From a virus (taxonomy: Duplodnaviria > Caudoviricetes): a DNA stretch of 59,469 nt. The DNA is taken from positions 1-59,469 of the IMG/VR virus record IMGVR_UViG_3300030207_002618. One strand, given 5' to 3'. The position numbers were made by a program, and so were the translations under genes. This document shows, in pieces, positions 46,044 to 55,303 of the stretch. The first letter of the stretch is position 1. Every line of letters starts with the position of its first letter. The notes under the pieces were generated by a model. The model did not search any database. It saw nothing but the letters and a program-made list of their open reading frames with translations, and had not been told where the DNA came from.

Positions 46044-46483
46044 TTTTACTTTTTATGATTGGTGCTGCCTTGGCTTTATCCCCTTTGCCAGAGCGTCCCC
46101 CGCCACCACAAAAAGTAGCTGGCGAATGCAGTCTTAATTTTCCGATTAGTCAGGGTCAGCTATTGCCGGACGGTATAGCCTCTTCATCTGTCCAAGCACG
46201 CTGTTCGGCGGTAGCTGTCCCGCTTTCTCAATATGCAGACCTGCTCAATACAGAGCAGTGGTGTCTTGCTGTAGACAAAAGATATGCAATTGATACACGC
46301 TTGTTGATAAGCGAACTGGACTGGTATAAAACAAAGCTTGCAGAAGAAACAAAACAGAAACCTTTTTTAGAAAGGCCCGCAAGCCAACGATGGATTGGTA
46401 GAATAGAAACACTAATCGTCGTTGGAATAGTAAGCGCCAGTCTAGGCGCAACTTACTACTACAGTTCTGGAGCAGGAAAATGA
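46040..46483 (+). CDS. Exported membrane protein of lysis cassette
   Basis: Signal-peptide-like N-terminus, Pro-rich linker, coiled coil, C-terminal TM. Confidence 0.45.
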   Translation: MILLFMIGAALALSPLPERPPPPQKVAGECSLNFPISQGQLLPDGIASSSVQARCSAVAVPLSQYADLLNTEQWCLAVDKRYAIDTRLLISELDWYKTKLAEETKQKPFLERPASQRWIGRIETLIVVGIVSASLGATYYYSSGAGK

Positions 46484-46767
46484 CATTTAAAGACTTTGCC
46501 ATCCCTGCTATGACAATAGTATTTGCTGCGGGAGTATCATTTGCATCATTTGAATCTGCTGCACAAGATGTAGAAGATGTAGAAAAACGTGTTGATGATC
46601 TTGAATCTAAGTCAGGCAAACAAGAAGTTGTTGATCTGAAGATTGAAGGTGTAGAAAAGCGTCTCGATAAGATGGAAGAACTTATGGGCAAAATGCTTGA
46701 AGTTCAGCAGCAACAAGCCATTAATCAGGCCAAGATTTGCGCCGCCACTAATGCGAGTTGTAACTAA
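46480..46767 (+). CDS. Membrane-anchored coiled-coil protein
   Basis: N-terminal TM and heptad repeats; TAATG coupling to endolysin. Confidence 0.55.
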   Translation: MTFKDFAIPAMTIVFAAGVSFASFESAAQDVEDVEKRVDDLESKSGKQEVVDLKIEGVEKRLDKMEELMGKMLEVQQQQAINQAKICAATNASCN

Positions 46768-47342
46768 TGAGACCACTTATTCTTGATTACGTCGATTCCC
46801 TTGGACACGCCGTTTTCGAGAATGGTGAATACAACTTAAACATCATTGGTATTCGCAGCAAAGACCACCAAGCCAATAGCTTTGATGATCGTATATGTGT
46901 GGCATTTAAAGACGAGCAGGGTTGGGTTGTTCGCACTTGGGAATGCACTACTGAGCCTGGACGTTACTGGCTTGAGAACCCCAGCAATGTAAACGGAACT
47001 GCTATCCTTGTACCGGGTCAGTATCGATCTGTATGGAAGATCGACAAGCACCAGGGACGATACGATGCGCTCTGTCAGAGGAACGGTACGGTCAAGGTTT
47101 ATCGGGACGACAATAAAGACGACATTATTGATCTTGATTTACAGTCTATTACTGAAGGCTATTATGGAATCAATATCCACAAAGCTGGGTCAGCGTCTAC
47201 ACAAGTAGACAAGTGGTCTGCTGGGTGCCAAGTATTTAGTCACAGCAAAGACTTTGAAGAGTTCATGAGCATTTGCTACGCTGCAAGGGAGAAGTGGGGC
47301 AATAGCTTTAGCTACACGCTTATTGACGAACCGGAGTTCTAA
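46767..47342 (+). CDS. Putative endolysin, L,D-transpeptidase-like fold
   Basis: NIIGIR, TTEPG, GINIH.....VDKWSAGCQV (His...SxGC catalytic pattern). Confidence 0.7.
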   Translation: MRPLILDYVDSLGHAVFENGEYNLNIIGIRSKDHQANSFDDRICVAFKDEQGWVVRTWECTTEPGRYWLENPSNVNGTAILVPGQYRSVWKIDKHQGRYDALCQRNGTVKVYRDDNKDDIIDLDLQSITEGYYGINIHKAGSASTQVDKWSAGCQVFSHSKDFEEFMSICYAAREKWGNSFSYTLIDEPEF

Positions 47343-47647
47343 TGGAAGTCCTGGTTGATTCTTTACTTTCAGACGGACACTTAGGTGTGTTTGCTGCGTT
47401 TCTTTTGTATCAGTTTGTAATGATGCAAAAAAGACTGGATAAGCTTGTGCTCGGATTTCAAGAGCAAGTGGATGAAATGCGTTCGGAGTATGGAGAGCGA
47501 ACAGAACGAATGAGAGAGCGGTACGACAATGTAATTACAGAGTACCGACAAAGAGAAGACAGCCAATCAAAAGACTTTCTCATTACAAGAACAAAGGTTC
47601 ACAATGACATCGTATCAAAGTTAGATAGGATTCTTGAAAGAAAATAA
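47342..47647 (+). CDS. Holin-like membrane protein
   Basis: N-terminal TM (LGVFAAFLLYQF) plus coiled coil after endolysin. Confidence 0.5.
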   Translation: MEVLVDSLLSDGHLGVFAAFLLYQFVMMQKRLDKLVLGFQEQVDEMRSEYGERTERMRERYDNVITEYRQREDSQSKDFLITRTKVHNDIVSKLDRILERK

Positions 47648-47648
47648 T

Positions 47649-47834
47649 CTACTTTAAACCATAGTTATCTTTTGCCCACCCACTACCACGCAAAAGAAAT
47701 GATGTAGCAGAAATAAGTTTTTTCATGTCCTTATCACTTGTACATTTACAACACTTTGGTGGATCATCAGATAGCTTTTGAAGCACGGACGTTTCAAAGT
47801 TGCACTCAGAACATCTGTATTCAAACACAGGCAT
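47649..47834 (-). CDS. FmdB-like zinc-ribbon protein
   Basis: MPVFEYRCSEC...C..C...MKKLIS.TSF.LRGSGWAKD.Y; homolog 54159-54347. Confidence 0.8.
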   Translation of the reverse strand: MPVFEYRCSECNFETSVLQKLSDDPPKCCKCTSDKDMKKLISATSFLLRGSGWAKDNYGLK

Positions 47835-47839
47835 ATTAT

Positions 47840-48049
47840 TTACCCCTTTGTAAGAGCATTTCTTAGCATTGTATGGCGGCATTGTTTTATTTTTGAGCAT
47901 GTTTTGCAAGTAATGTGTGCGCCATTTTTGCTCCATCCTCTGGGCAAAAAGTGGTTGTTGTCTCTTTTTGGGCATGTGACTGGGAACTTACGTTTACACT
48001 TGTCACATCTTACGTATGTCCGTATTGCACTAAGCTCTATTCTTTGCAT
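47840..48049 (-). CDS. Small zinc-binding protein
   Basis: RTYVRCDKC...PRGW...CKTC; homolog 53957-54172. Confidence 0.65.
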   Translation of the reverse strand: MQRIELSAIRTYVRCDKCKRKFPVTCPKRDNNHFLPRGWSKNGAHITCKTCSKIKQCRHTMLRNALTKG

Positions 48050-48297
48050 TCGTTTAGTGAACCAATAACTTTTAAACAGTCTCGTGTTGACCACTCTAAA
48101 ATGTTTTTTATTTTAATGAACGTCGTGACTGATGGCACGCGCTGGCCAGACTCGAAGTAGCTCACGGATGCTGGCGTCACGTCCAGGCGTCTCGCAAGCT
48201 CGCGCTGAGACATGCCCAGGTCACGCCTACGAGTCCTGATCACGTCGGAAAAAACCAAGGCAAAGCCTTGGTTCGGGTCGTTTTCGGGGTCTTTCAC
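48037..48297 (-). CDS. XRE/Cro-C1 family HTH regulator
   Basis: IRTRRRDLGMSQRELARRLDVTPASVSYFESGQRVPS; SD AAGGAAGG before GTG 48297. Confidence 0.85.
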   Translation of the reverse strand: MKDPENDPNQGFALVFSDVIRTRRRDLGMSQRELARRLDVTPASVSYFESGQRVPSVTTFIKIKNILEWSTRDCLKVIGSLNECKE

Positions 48298-48345
48298 TTG
48301 CACCTTCCTTGACCCTGAGTTAACCTGCCCCAGTCGGCAAGTCAA
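48298..48345. promoter_or_regulatory. Overlapping divergent sigma70-like promoters centred on GTTAAC
   Basis: + strand TTGCAC-N17-TAACCT (48298-48326); - strand TTGACT-N17-TAACTC (48345-48317). Confidence 0.5.
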
Positions 48346-48380
48346 CCGACCAAGCTCAACACCCTGCCATCGAGGCTCCA

Positions 48381-49775
48381 GTGAATCTCAGACCCAGCCA
48401 AACCGAACGTCAAGTACTAGGTACTCTATTAGTAACTAATTCTAAATTATCTCTAATTGAGGATGTAATTAAAGTTAATTACTTCTTCGAAGAGAAACAC
48501 CAATTATTGTACTCTTGGATTTTAACCAGAGTTTCCGAGGGTAAGTCAGCAGATACAGTATCGCTCGTTGAAAGCGTTGGACAAAATACTATCAGTAACT
48601 TTGGTGGTATCTCTTATGTGTGCTCTCTTGGTGATAACACCATCATGGGTGATACAAATCTTCGCAACTATGCAAAGCGAATAGCTGAGTTTCACAGACT
48701 TAGAAAACTTAGCTTGGCAGCAAAAACTATTCTTGGTCATTTGGATGACCTGTCTCTTCCTCCGTCTGAAATCATTAATGTAGCTGAAGCTACGATACTT
48801 GATGTAAGTGGTGAAAGCGATTCGATGGAAGGCATTCTTTCAATGAAAGAAGCTGCAAGTGAGCGTAAAGCATCTTGGGGACGAATCATTGATGGTGAAG
48901 AGGTTGAGTATGTTCCTACGGGATTCAATACATTTGATCAGCACTATGTAGGTTGGCCCCGTGGGTACATGACAATCATCGGTGGTCGTCCAGAGATTGG
49001 TAAGACCATGTTCTTGGTGTCTGCTGTGCTCCGTGCTGCAATGACAGGCATACCCCAGGGTGTGCTATCCATTGAGATGCCGAGATGGAAGCTGGTGGAC
49101 CGTATGGCTTCAATCATTGCTGGTGTGCCCATTACTGCCTTGCATGAAAAGAGTGCAAATGAGACAGAAGCAATCATGGATGCAGCAGACCTACTATCTA
49201 AGGAGCCCATATTCCTTGACGACTCCTCCTCTACAGCAGATTCAGTTGAGTCTGCTATACGTAGAATGGCTCGTCAGCATAAGTGCCAAGTTATATGGGT
49301 AGACTACTTACAGTTGATAAGGCCCCCAGCACACTTACCTGCAAGTAGAAACAGGGCTTGGGAAGTAGACGAGATAAGCGAAACTTTACGTCGTTGTGCA
49401 AAGCAAGAGAATGTTGCAATCATATCTTTGATGCAGCTAAATCGTGGGACAGAAGAAACCTTTACGGAGGGCCGAAAGGGTGTCCCAAGTTCGCATCACT
49501 TTAGGGGGTCGGACAAACCTTTGCATGACGCTGCACTTGCGTTTGGTTTGTACAGACAGTTCCAGTACAAGAAACCCAAGAAGGTTAACAACGAAGATTA
49601 TACGAACGATGAGTTGGCTGGAATGCACCAACCCTTTGAACTCATTGCTCTCAAGAGTCGCGACCACTCTAAGAAAAACGTAGTCCTTTGGTCGAAGCTT
49701 AGATTGCAGCGTGTCTATGACTCTTGCGATGAAGGCTTCAAGAAACCAAACTGGTCTCCAGATTTTGTAGAGTAA
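48381..49775 (+). CDS. dnaB: Replicative DNA helicase (DnaB family)
   Basis: GGRPEIGKT Walker A, SIEM, VDYLQLI, QLNR motifs with DnaB N-terminal domain. Confidence 0.92.
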   Translation: MNLRPSQTERQVLGTLLVTNSKLSLIEDVIKVNYFFEEKHQLLYSWILTRVSEGKSADTVSLVESVGQNTISNFGGISYVCSLGDNTIMGDTNLRNYAKRIAEFHRLRKLSLAAKTILGHLDDLSLPPSEIINVAEATILDVSGESDSMEGILSMKEAASERKASWGRIIDGEEVEYVPTGFNTFDQHYVGWPRGYMTIIGGRPEIGKTMFLVSAVLRAAMTGIPQGVLSIEMPRWKLVDRMASIIAGVPITALHEKSANETEAIMDAADLLSKEPIFLDDSSSTADSVESAIRRMARQHKCQVIWVDYLQLIRPPAHLPASRNRAWEVDEISETLRRCAKQENVAIISLMQLNRGTEETFTEGRKGVPSSHHFRGSDKPLHDAALAFGLYRQFQYKKPKKVNNEDYTNDELAGMHQPFELIALKSRDHSKKNVVLWSKLRLQRVYDSCDEGFKKPNWSPDFVE

Positions 49776-50053
49776 TGGGAAAGAAACGTAAGACGGCGGA
49801 TATTAGCGCAATGTCTTTCAAGCTAAGACTTCAATTGCTATCAGCAGCCAAAGGCAAAAGCTTAAAACAAATACATTCGGAAGCTGGTGTGAATCCCCGA
49901 CACACCAGAGACATCATTTCACGGGGCAAACAACCAACCTTTCTACTGTTGGAAAGGCTTTTAAAACCGCAAGGCATATCGATTCTTCGATTTACCGGAG
50001 ACATCAAAAGCTTTGCTTTATTTCTCAAAAAGGAGAGTAATCATGGAACTTGA
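49775..50053 (+). CDS. Small HTH-like DNA-binding protein
   Basis: KGKSLKQIHSEAGVNPRH..DII.RGKQPT resembles XRE HTH. Confidence 0.55.
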   Translation: MGKKRKTADISAMSFKLRLQLLSAAKGKSLKQIHSEAGVNPRHTRDIISRGKQPTFLLLERLLKPQGISILRFTGDIKSFALFLKKESNHGT

Positions 50054-50876
50054 TTGGAAAACTGTATGCAATAAACTTGCTGAACCATTCGCAGATGAGG
50101 ATGTGTTCTGGCGTGTAGATAGATCGTTTGGTAGCTGGGCACGAGTGCTTTGTTATCTCGATGCTCGCGCTGTAATGGACCGCCTGGATGCAGTAGTTGG
50201 TCCGCAAAACTGGCGTGATGTTTATGAAGAAACGCAGAGTGGTAAAAACATCTGCACTCTTTTCATTCGTGTTGGTAATGACTGGGTAAGCAAAAGCGAT
50301 GGCGCAGGCAATACAAACATTGAAGGCGATAAGGGTGGACTGTCCGATGCATTCAAACGTGCAGGAGTAAAGTGGGGCATTGGTCGTCACTTGTATTCAT
50401 TGGGAGAAACCAAGGTAAACCTTTCAGAGCAGCGGCCAAACTGTCCAAAGCATTACCTTGTTGTTGCAAGTAAGAGGGGGGAGAAGACTAAGTACGGCGT
50501 TGCCCCATCAATACAACAAATGCAAAGTCACTTGTATCCACCGGACCCAAGAGATGAAGCACTTGAAAGCATTCGCTCTGTCCTTCGCAGTGAGTCTGTT
50601 TTGCGTGAAAGGATTCCTATTGTAATGGAGGCTGCAACAGCAGAGTACAAAGACGGAAAGTTCTTAGACGTTGGACGCGACTTTGACCCACATGAAATGT
50701 CGGTTGATGAGCTTCAGGAAGTTTCTTCACGTTTGTACATTTGGCACAAAGAAGGTGTGTTCGACATTGCAGTTGGAAACTACGAAACCTTTAAACACAA
50801 TCTGATGAAAGCTGAAGCAGAAGAAAGCAAAAGCTTAGAACAAATACATTCTGAATTTGTTGAAGGGGGTGAGTGA
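50043..50876 (+). CDS. Rad52/Rad22-family (Sak-like) single-strand annealing protein
   Basis: YLDARAVMDRLD.VVG..NW, KGGLSDAFKRAGVKWGIGRHLY. Confidence 0.88.
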   Translation: MELDWKTVCNKLAEPFADEDVFWRVDRSFGSWARVLCYLDARAVMDRLDAVVGPQNWRDVYEETQSGKNICTLFIRVGNDWVSKSDGAGNTNIEGDKGGLSDAFKRAGVKWGIGRHLYSLGETKVNLSEQRPNCPKHYLVVASKRGEKTKYGVAPSIQQMQSHLYPPDPRDEALESIRSVLRSESVLRERIPIVMEAATAEYKDGKFLDVGRDFDPHEMSVDELQEVSSRLYIWHKEGVFDIAVGNYETFKHNLMKAEAEESKSLEQIHSEFVEGGE

Positions 50877-51136
50877 TGAGAATCTACCAACTATACAAAT
50901 GGGACAACCACATGGGGCCATCAGTTACATTCTTTAGCAACAAAGCTGACGCCACTAAATCCGCAAAATACTGGGTCAAACAGGGGACGATGGACGGTGA
51001 CGTTGTTGTATCAGTACTAAACGTATCTTCAAAGAAGTCCGACATAATCAATCTTCTGAACAGCATAGATGGCAACCGATCATCCAATAAAGCAACGACT
51101 ATTATGTCGTATGAATCAAAGATGGGGGAGTACTGA
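50873..51136 (+). CDS. Hypothetical protein
   Basis: Coupled to Sak gene; conserved with 1-172. Confidence 0.7.
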   Translation: MMRIYQLYKWDNHMGPSVTFFSNKADATKSAKYWVKQGTMDGDVVVSVLNVSSKKSDIINLLNSIDGNRSSNKATTIMSYESKMGEY

Positions 51137-51450
51137 TGTCATTCGGACACAAGTTTCCAACCAGCGTAATGATGATTGGATACATAGAAGATGTAAAGAA
51201 GCTTACCCCAAGCAAGCATACTGGAATGAGGGTGCTGGGTAAGCTCTACAACCCAAGCGATAGAGACAGGAAATACGATTTACGTATTCCTATTCTGGCT
51301 TTTGGTAGACCAGCAAAGCTTATGACGGACTTCGGAAAGTCTGGTGACCTCGTAACTATTGTTGGAAGAATGAGCACAACGGCTGGATCTGTGTGTGTGA
51401 TTGCAGAACGAATCAAAACTTTAGATGAGGATTCTAACTATGATATTTGA
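51136..51450 (+). CDS. SSB-like OB-fold protein
   Basis: Homolog of 453-815. Confidence 0.6.
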   Translation: MSFGHKFPTSVMMIGYIEDVKKLTPSKHTGMRVLGKLYNPSDRDRKYDLRIPILAFGRPAKLMTDFGKSGDLVTIVGRMSTTAGSVCVIAERIKTLDEDSNYDI

Positions 51451-52405
51451 GCAACAAGTAGACTTGTCAGGTAACTACGTTTGGCTTCCCGATTTATCAC
51501 AAGTAATAATGCAGCGACTGTCCAACACGTCGCCTCTTCTAAGCGATAAGCATTGCGCCAAATCAATAGGCGAGTCTGTCCTTAGACAGTTGGACGAGTC
51601 TCGTGACCAGACAGGAGGTCTTAGGCTTTCACAAAGTGGGACATGCGTAAAGCAACTTGCGTATCAGTACCACCATGCTGAAGGTAATGGTATGCAGATA
51701 GATGCAGCGTCTAAGATTGCGTTTGTAATCGGGGACATTACTGAATCAATCCTTGTGTCTGCATTGATGGAGGGCTTTGAGCAGTCCGGTCTTGGCCATC
51801 TGTATTGTGCTGGTGCCGACCAGGAGACAGTATACCTACCCGTTACAATTAAAGACGGGTACACAGCGTCTATAGCTGGCCACCCTGATGGGTCTATGCA
51901 GATAATGACGCAAGACAGTAAGCCTATAAGCTGCATTCTTGAGGTCAAGTCGATGTCTGACTACGGCTTTAAGAAGTTCCGTAAGGAGGGGCTTGGTCCT
52001 GATGACTCTTATTACAGTCAAGTACAGGCTTACATGGCAACAAAAGGATTCTCGTGGGCTTACCTTGTAGCCTACAACAAGACGGCAGGAGCTAAGGATG
52101 CAGAGATATTAGAGAACGGTCAGTGGGTTCCAGTACATGCAGTACACGGACAATGGATTCCATTCGACCAGGAACACGTGTTCCACATTAAAGAGAAGTT
52201 TAGGTCTGTCATTCTAAGTTCTGACCCAGAGCAGATTGATAGACCTTATGGTCCAGACAAGAAGGGTAAGCTGTCTTTTCCTTGCGACTATTGCAAGTAC
52301 TACAAGACATGCTTTCCCTTCTCTGAAGAGCAGGCAGTTGAGTCTAAATGGTTAAACAAAAGCACCAAGATCAGGGTGTTTACAGGAGAGCAACATGATC
52401 AATAA
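51440..52405 (+). CDS. Cas4-like PD-(D/E)XK exonuclease
   Basis: HPDG...LEVKS...QVQAYM...CDYC; homolog of 805-1779. Confidence 0.85.
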   Translation: MIFEQQVDLSGNYVWLPDLSQVIMQRLSNTSPLLSDKHCAKSIGESVLRQLDESRDQTGGLRLSQSGTCVKQLAYQYHHAEGNGMQIDAASKIAFVIGDITESILVSALMEGFEQSGLGHLYCAGADQETVYLPVTIKDGYTASIAGHPDGSMQIMTQDSKPISCILEVKSMSDYGFKKFRKEGLGPDDSYYSQVQAYMATKGFSWAYLVAYNKTAGAKDAEILENGQWVPVHAVHGQWIPFDQEHVFHIKEKFRSVILSSDPEQIDRPYGPDKKGKLSFPCDYCKYYKTCFPFSEEQAVESKWLNKSTKIRVFTGEQHDQ

Positions 52406-52832
52406 AGTAATGTTAGTTGGTACAGTTAAGAGCGAGCCTCAACAAAGGGGTGCTGCAATAGCATTCCGAATGGGGACGTGGAGGATTATCCAAGACGGAA
52501 GGAGGTTTGACTCTACTCATAGCGTTGAAGCCTTCGGACGTAATGGTGAGTTAGCTTCTACATTAAAGGAAGGTGAACTTGTCGCAGTTGAAGGGTCTAT
52601 TAAACATTCTTCGTATGAAAAGAATGGACAAAAGGTATGGTTCACAAGCGTTAGTGCATCATCTGTCAGCAGGGTTGGAGAGGCAGGTCCGTCGGTCTCT
52701 ACACAAAGCGGTCAGGGCACGCAAGGCAATGGGCAGGCGCCGTCAAGCTATCCTCCGAATCAACCTGACGCCGGAAATGGCGCAAGCCATGTTCAAGCAA
52801 ATGCAGGATACGATGAAAAGTATGGATTCTAA
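52395..52832 (+). CDS. ssb: Single-stranded DNA-binding protein
   Basis: Homolog of 1784-2221. Confidence 0.9.
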   Translation: MINKVMLVGTVKSEPQQRGAAIAFRMGTWRIIQDGRRFDSTHSVEAFGRNGELASTLKEGELVAVEGSIKHSSYEKNGQKVWFTSVSASSVSRVGEAGPSVSTQSGQGTQGNGQAPSSYPPNQPDAGNGASHVQANAGYDEKYGF

Positions 52833-53037
52833 TTCTGATACAGTTGGTGAGATCTGTGTAATCCCACATACACCATTGGCTATGAGTCAAAGCGTTCCAC
52901 GAATCATTGAAGAGGGGGTCATGGTTGTTTCCGTTGACCCGTTTGGTTCACTAATGGGCGCTCTATTTAGCGATGGTGACAAGGGTTTATACTGGTATCG
53001 CTCACCAGATAGTGGGTCAGACTTCGGAATAAACTAA
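52822..53037 (+). CDS. Hypothetical protein
   Basis: Homolog of 2211-2447. Confidence 0.75.
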   Translation: MDSNSDTVGEICVIPHTPLAMSQSVPRIIEEGVMVVSVDPFGSLMGALFSDGDKGLYWYRSPDSGSDFGIN

Positions 53038-53038
53038 A

Positions 53039-53569
53039 GTGACGGCGACGATTATGAGTTTTCCTAATGTATACCTTGGAATAGATCCCGGAAAAGACGG
53101 TGCTCTTGTAGCAATAAACGAAGACGGGAAGGTAGAGGCAAACTTTATGACTCGCCGTGACTTCACTACAACCATTGGTAAAGGGAGTAAGCGAGAGTAT
53201 CTTATCTCTCGAATGAACTATGCGGTGAGGTGCTTAGGGGGTAAGCGCAATATCAAACTCGCTGCTATAGAAAAGCAATCAGCACGACCAGGACAAGGGG
53301 TCACGTCTACATTCAGCACTGGCTATGGCTACGGTCTATGGGTTGGTGTGCTATCAGCTAACGGTGTTCCATTCATTGAGGTACGACCCAAGACATGGAC
53401 ATCGAAAATGCTGAGAGACGTTCCCGGTGAAGGTAAGAACCGCTCAGTTTACGCTGTAATGAATAGGTTACCTGACCTTGACCTTACCCCTGGTAGGAAG
53501 ACAAAGCCTCACGATGGGCTTGCTGACGCTGCTTGCTTAGCCCTTTACTCAATGTACCTTGAGGTGTAG
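53039..53569 (+). CDS. ruvC: RuvC-like Holliday junction resolvase
   Basis: LGIDPG...IEKQ...HDGLADA. Confidence 0.9.
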   Translation: MTATIMSFPNVYLGIDPGKDGALVAINEDGKVEANFMTRRDFTTTIGKGSKREYLISRMNYAVRCLGGKRNIKLAAIEKQSARPGQGVTSTFSTGYGYGLWVGVLSANGVPFIEVRPKTWTSKMLRDVPGEGKNRSVYAVMNRLPDLDLTPGRKTKPHDGLADAACLALYSMYLEV

Positions 53570-53632
53570 TTCAATTGGCAGAACGTCCGACTGTTACTCG
53601 GGAAGTTGTTGGTTCAAGTCCAGCCGCCTCAG
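53560..53632 (+). tRNA. tRNA-Asn (GTT)
   Basis: Cloverleaf as in 2971-3043 with pairing-preserving substitutions. Confidence 0.9.
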
Positions 53633-53637
53633 AATCC

Positions 53638-53702
53638 CTCTGTCCTTCGCAATCACGTTGATGTTGCATGACATCATCTCCCACCGATTGCGGGGGGCAG
53701 AG
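53638..53702 (+). ncRNA. Putative structured ncRNA downstream of tRNA-Asn (allele B)
   Basis: Covaries with 3049-3113. Confidence 0.55.
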
Positions 53703-53720
53703 CATTTACATGGAGGAAGA

Positions 53721-53978
53721 ATGCCTATTAAGATATTCGGCAGACCCTGGAAGGTTCTTAACTACGTAGTGAATGAGCCAAATGAGTGGACTACAAGGCA
53801 GATTACAGAAGACCTTGATGAGGTATTGCCAGCAATGGTTAATACTGTTATAAAGTTAAAGCGGCTTGGCTACGTAAAGCCAGGAAGAACGGTAGGAAAA
53901 TCAAGAACATTAGTTCCTACAGACGATGGAGTTAGGGCACTCCAAGAGGCAGTTAAATGGCAGTCAGAACATATGTAA
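53721..53978 (+). CDS. Winged-HTH protein (allele B-specific)
   Basis: TTRQITEDL...V..LKRLGYV...LVPTDDG MarR-like pattern; SD GGAGG. Confidence 0.6.
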   Translation: MPIKIFGRPWKVLNYVVNEPNEWTTRQITEDLDEVLPAMVNTVIKLKRLGYVKPGRTVGKSRTLVPTDDGVRALQEAVKWQSEHM

Positions 53979-54172
53979 GGTGTGACATTTGTTCACGCCG
54001 ATACCCTGTCACCTCAGTTGAGAGGGGTAACAATCAGTTTATGCCGAGGGGCTGGACCAGATCTGGCATAAGCATAGCATGCAAGAGGTGCTCAAAGAAC
54101 ACAAAGAAAAGCAATCAAGTAACACTAATTAAAAACACTTTACCAAGAGGCAAGAGCGATGCCGGTCTATGA
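53957..54172 (+). CDS. Small zinc-binding protein
   Basis: RTYVRCDIC...PRGW...CKRC; homolog of 47840-48049. Confidence 0.7.
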   Translation: MAVRTYVRCDICSRRYPVTSVERGNNQFMPRGWTRSGISIACKRCSKNTKKSNQVTLIKNTLPRGKSDAGL

Positions 54173-54347
54173 ATACAGGTGCTCAGAGTGCAACTATGAG
54201 GTCACCGTTTTCCAAAGTATGGATGCACCGGCACCACATTGTAACTGTGGGTCAAAGGAAGAAATGAAACGGCTCATCTCTAAGACCAGCTTCTCCCTAA
54301 AGGGAAGGGGTTGGGCGAAGGATGGGTACTCATCTAAAGGCAGATAA
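54159..54347 (+). CDS. FmdB-like zinc-ribbon protein
   Basis: MPVYEYRCSEC...TSFSLKGRGWAKDGY. Confidence 0.8.
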   Translation: MPVYEYRCSECNYEVTVFQSMDAPAPHCNCGSKEEMKRLISKTSFSLKGRGWAKDGYSSKGR

Positions 54348-54357
54348 GGATTACATT

Positions 54358-55206
54358 ATGGGACGAAAAAAATTCAACATACCTCAAGAATATATTGACT
54401 TGCTTGGCAAGGTTAGAGATTCAGAAATCTCAAGGTTGTCTGGCATTAGCTACCAAAACATTAGGAACAGAAGGATTGCGCTTGGCATCCCCAAGTTTTC
54501 TGATGCAAAAAAAATCAGCCACACAAAGGGGCAAGTAATCCTTAAGAAGGGACAACAAGTAAACGTTGAAGCACTAGATAAAAAGTATCCAGGCATTGTT
54601 AATAAGCTTGGAACTCAAACTGACTCATCGATTGCTAAGCAATACAACATATCCAGGGAAAGAGTCAGACAATTTAGATCTATGCTTTCCTTATGCAAGG
54701 TTGAGCGTAACCCTATAGAAAAGCTATCAACAGTAGATAGAAGGTACTTGGACGACAACCTTGGTTTAATGAGTGATAAGTCTCTGGCCCAACAGCTTGG
54801 GCTTAAGCCTAATGTTGTCAGCCAATACAGAAAAAACAAAAATGTAAACTCCCTTGGTGCGAACAGAAGGCAGCTTGTCCTTACTCAAAAGCATAGGCTT
54901 GGTAAGGATAGCGACAGTGTTATTGCAAGACACCTAAATCTTTACACCAACCTTGTTCGTGATGTTCGTATTGAGCTTGGTATAGAACCAAACCCAAAGA
55001 ACAATCCGAGATGGGGTTCGGTAAAAGCAATAAGGGAAACAAGAAACAAAAGAATTTCTGAAATGTATTACGCAGGATGTTCTGACCAGGAGATAGCAGA
55101 AGAGCTTTGCCTCGGCGTTACATACATTGGGGGTCTTAGGAGAAGGCTTGGATTGTTTCACCGCAACTGTCGTGGCGCGTACAAGAAGCGTGCATCGAAC
55201 GAGTAG
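54358..55206 (+). CDS. Multi-HTH DNA-binding protein (five tandem HTH units)
   Basis: Homolog of 4027-4923; SRERVRQ unit. Confidence 0.75.
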   Translation: MGRKKFNIPQEYIDLLGKVRDSEISRLSGISYQNIRNRRIALGIPKFSDAKKISHTKGQVILKKGQQVNVEALDKKYPGIVNKLGTQTDSSIAKQYNISRERVRQFRSMLSLCKVERNPIEKLSTVDRRYLDDNLGLMSDKSLAQQLGLKPNVVSQYRKNKNVNSLGANRRQLVLTQKHRLGKDSDSVIARHLNLYTNLVRDVRIELGIEPNPKNNPRWGSVKAIRETRNKRISEMYYAGCSDQEIAEELCLGVTYIGGLRRRLGLFHRNCRGAYKKRASNE

Positions 55207-55209
55207 ACT

Positions 55210-55256
55210 TGGGCTCTCTACCCCCTGAACGTAGTGAAGGGGGATAGAGAGACCCA
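55210..55256 (+). other. Conserved long hairpin with TGAACGTAGTGAA cap (copy 2)
   Basis: Different stem sequence, same pairing and same 3' purine bulge. Confidence 0.8.
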
Positions 55257-55303
55257 CTTCGTCAAAACCAAACCACCGGCATCGACCGGAAAAGGACACC
55301 GAG

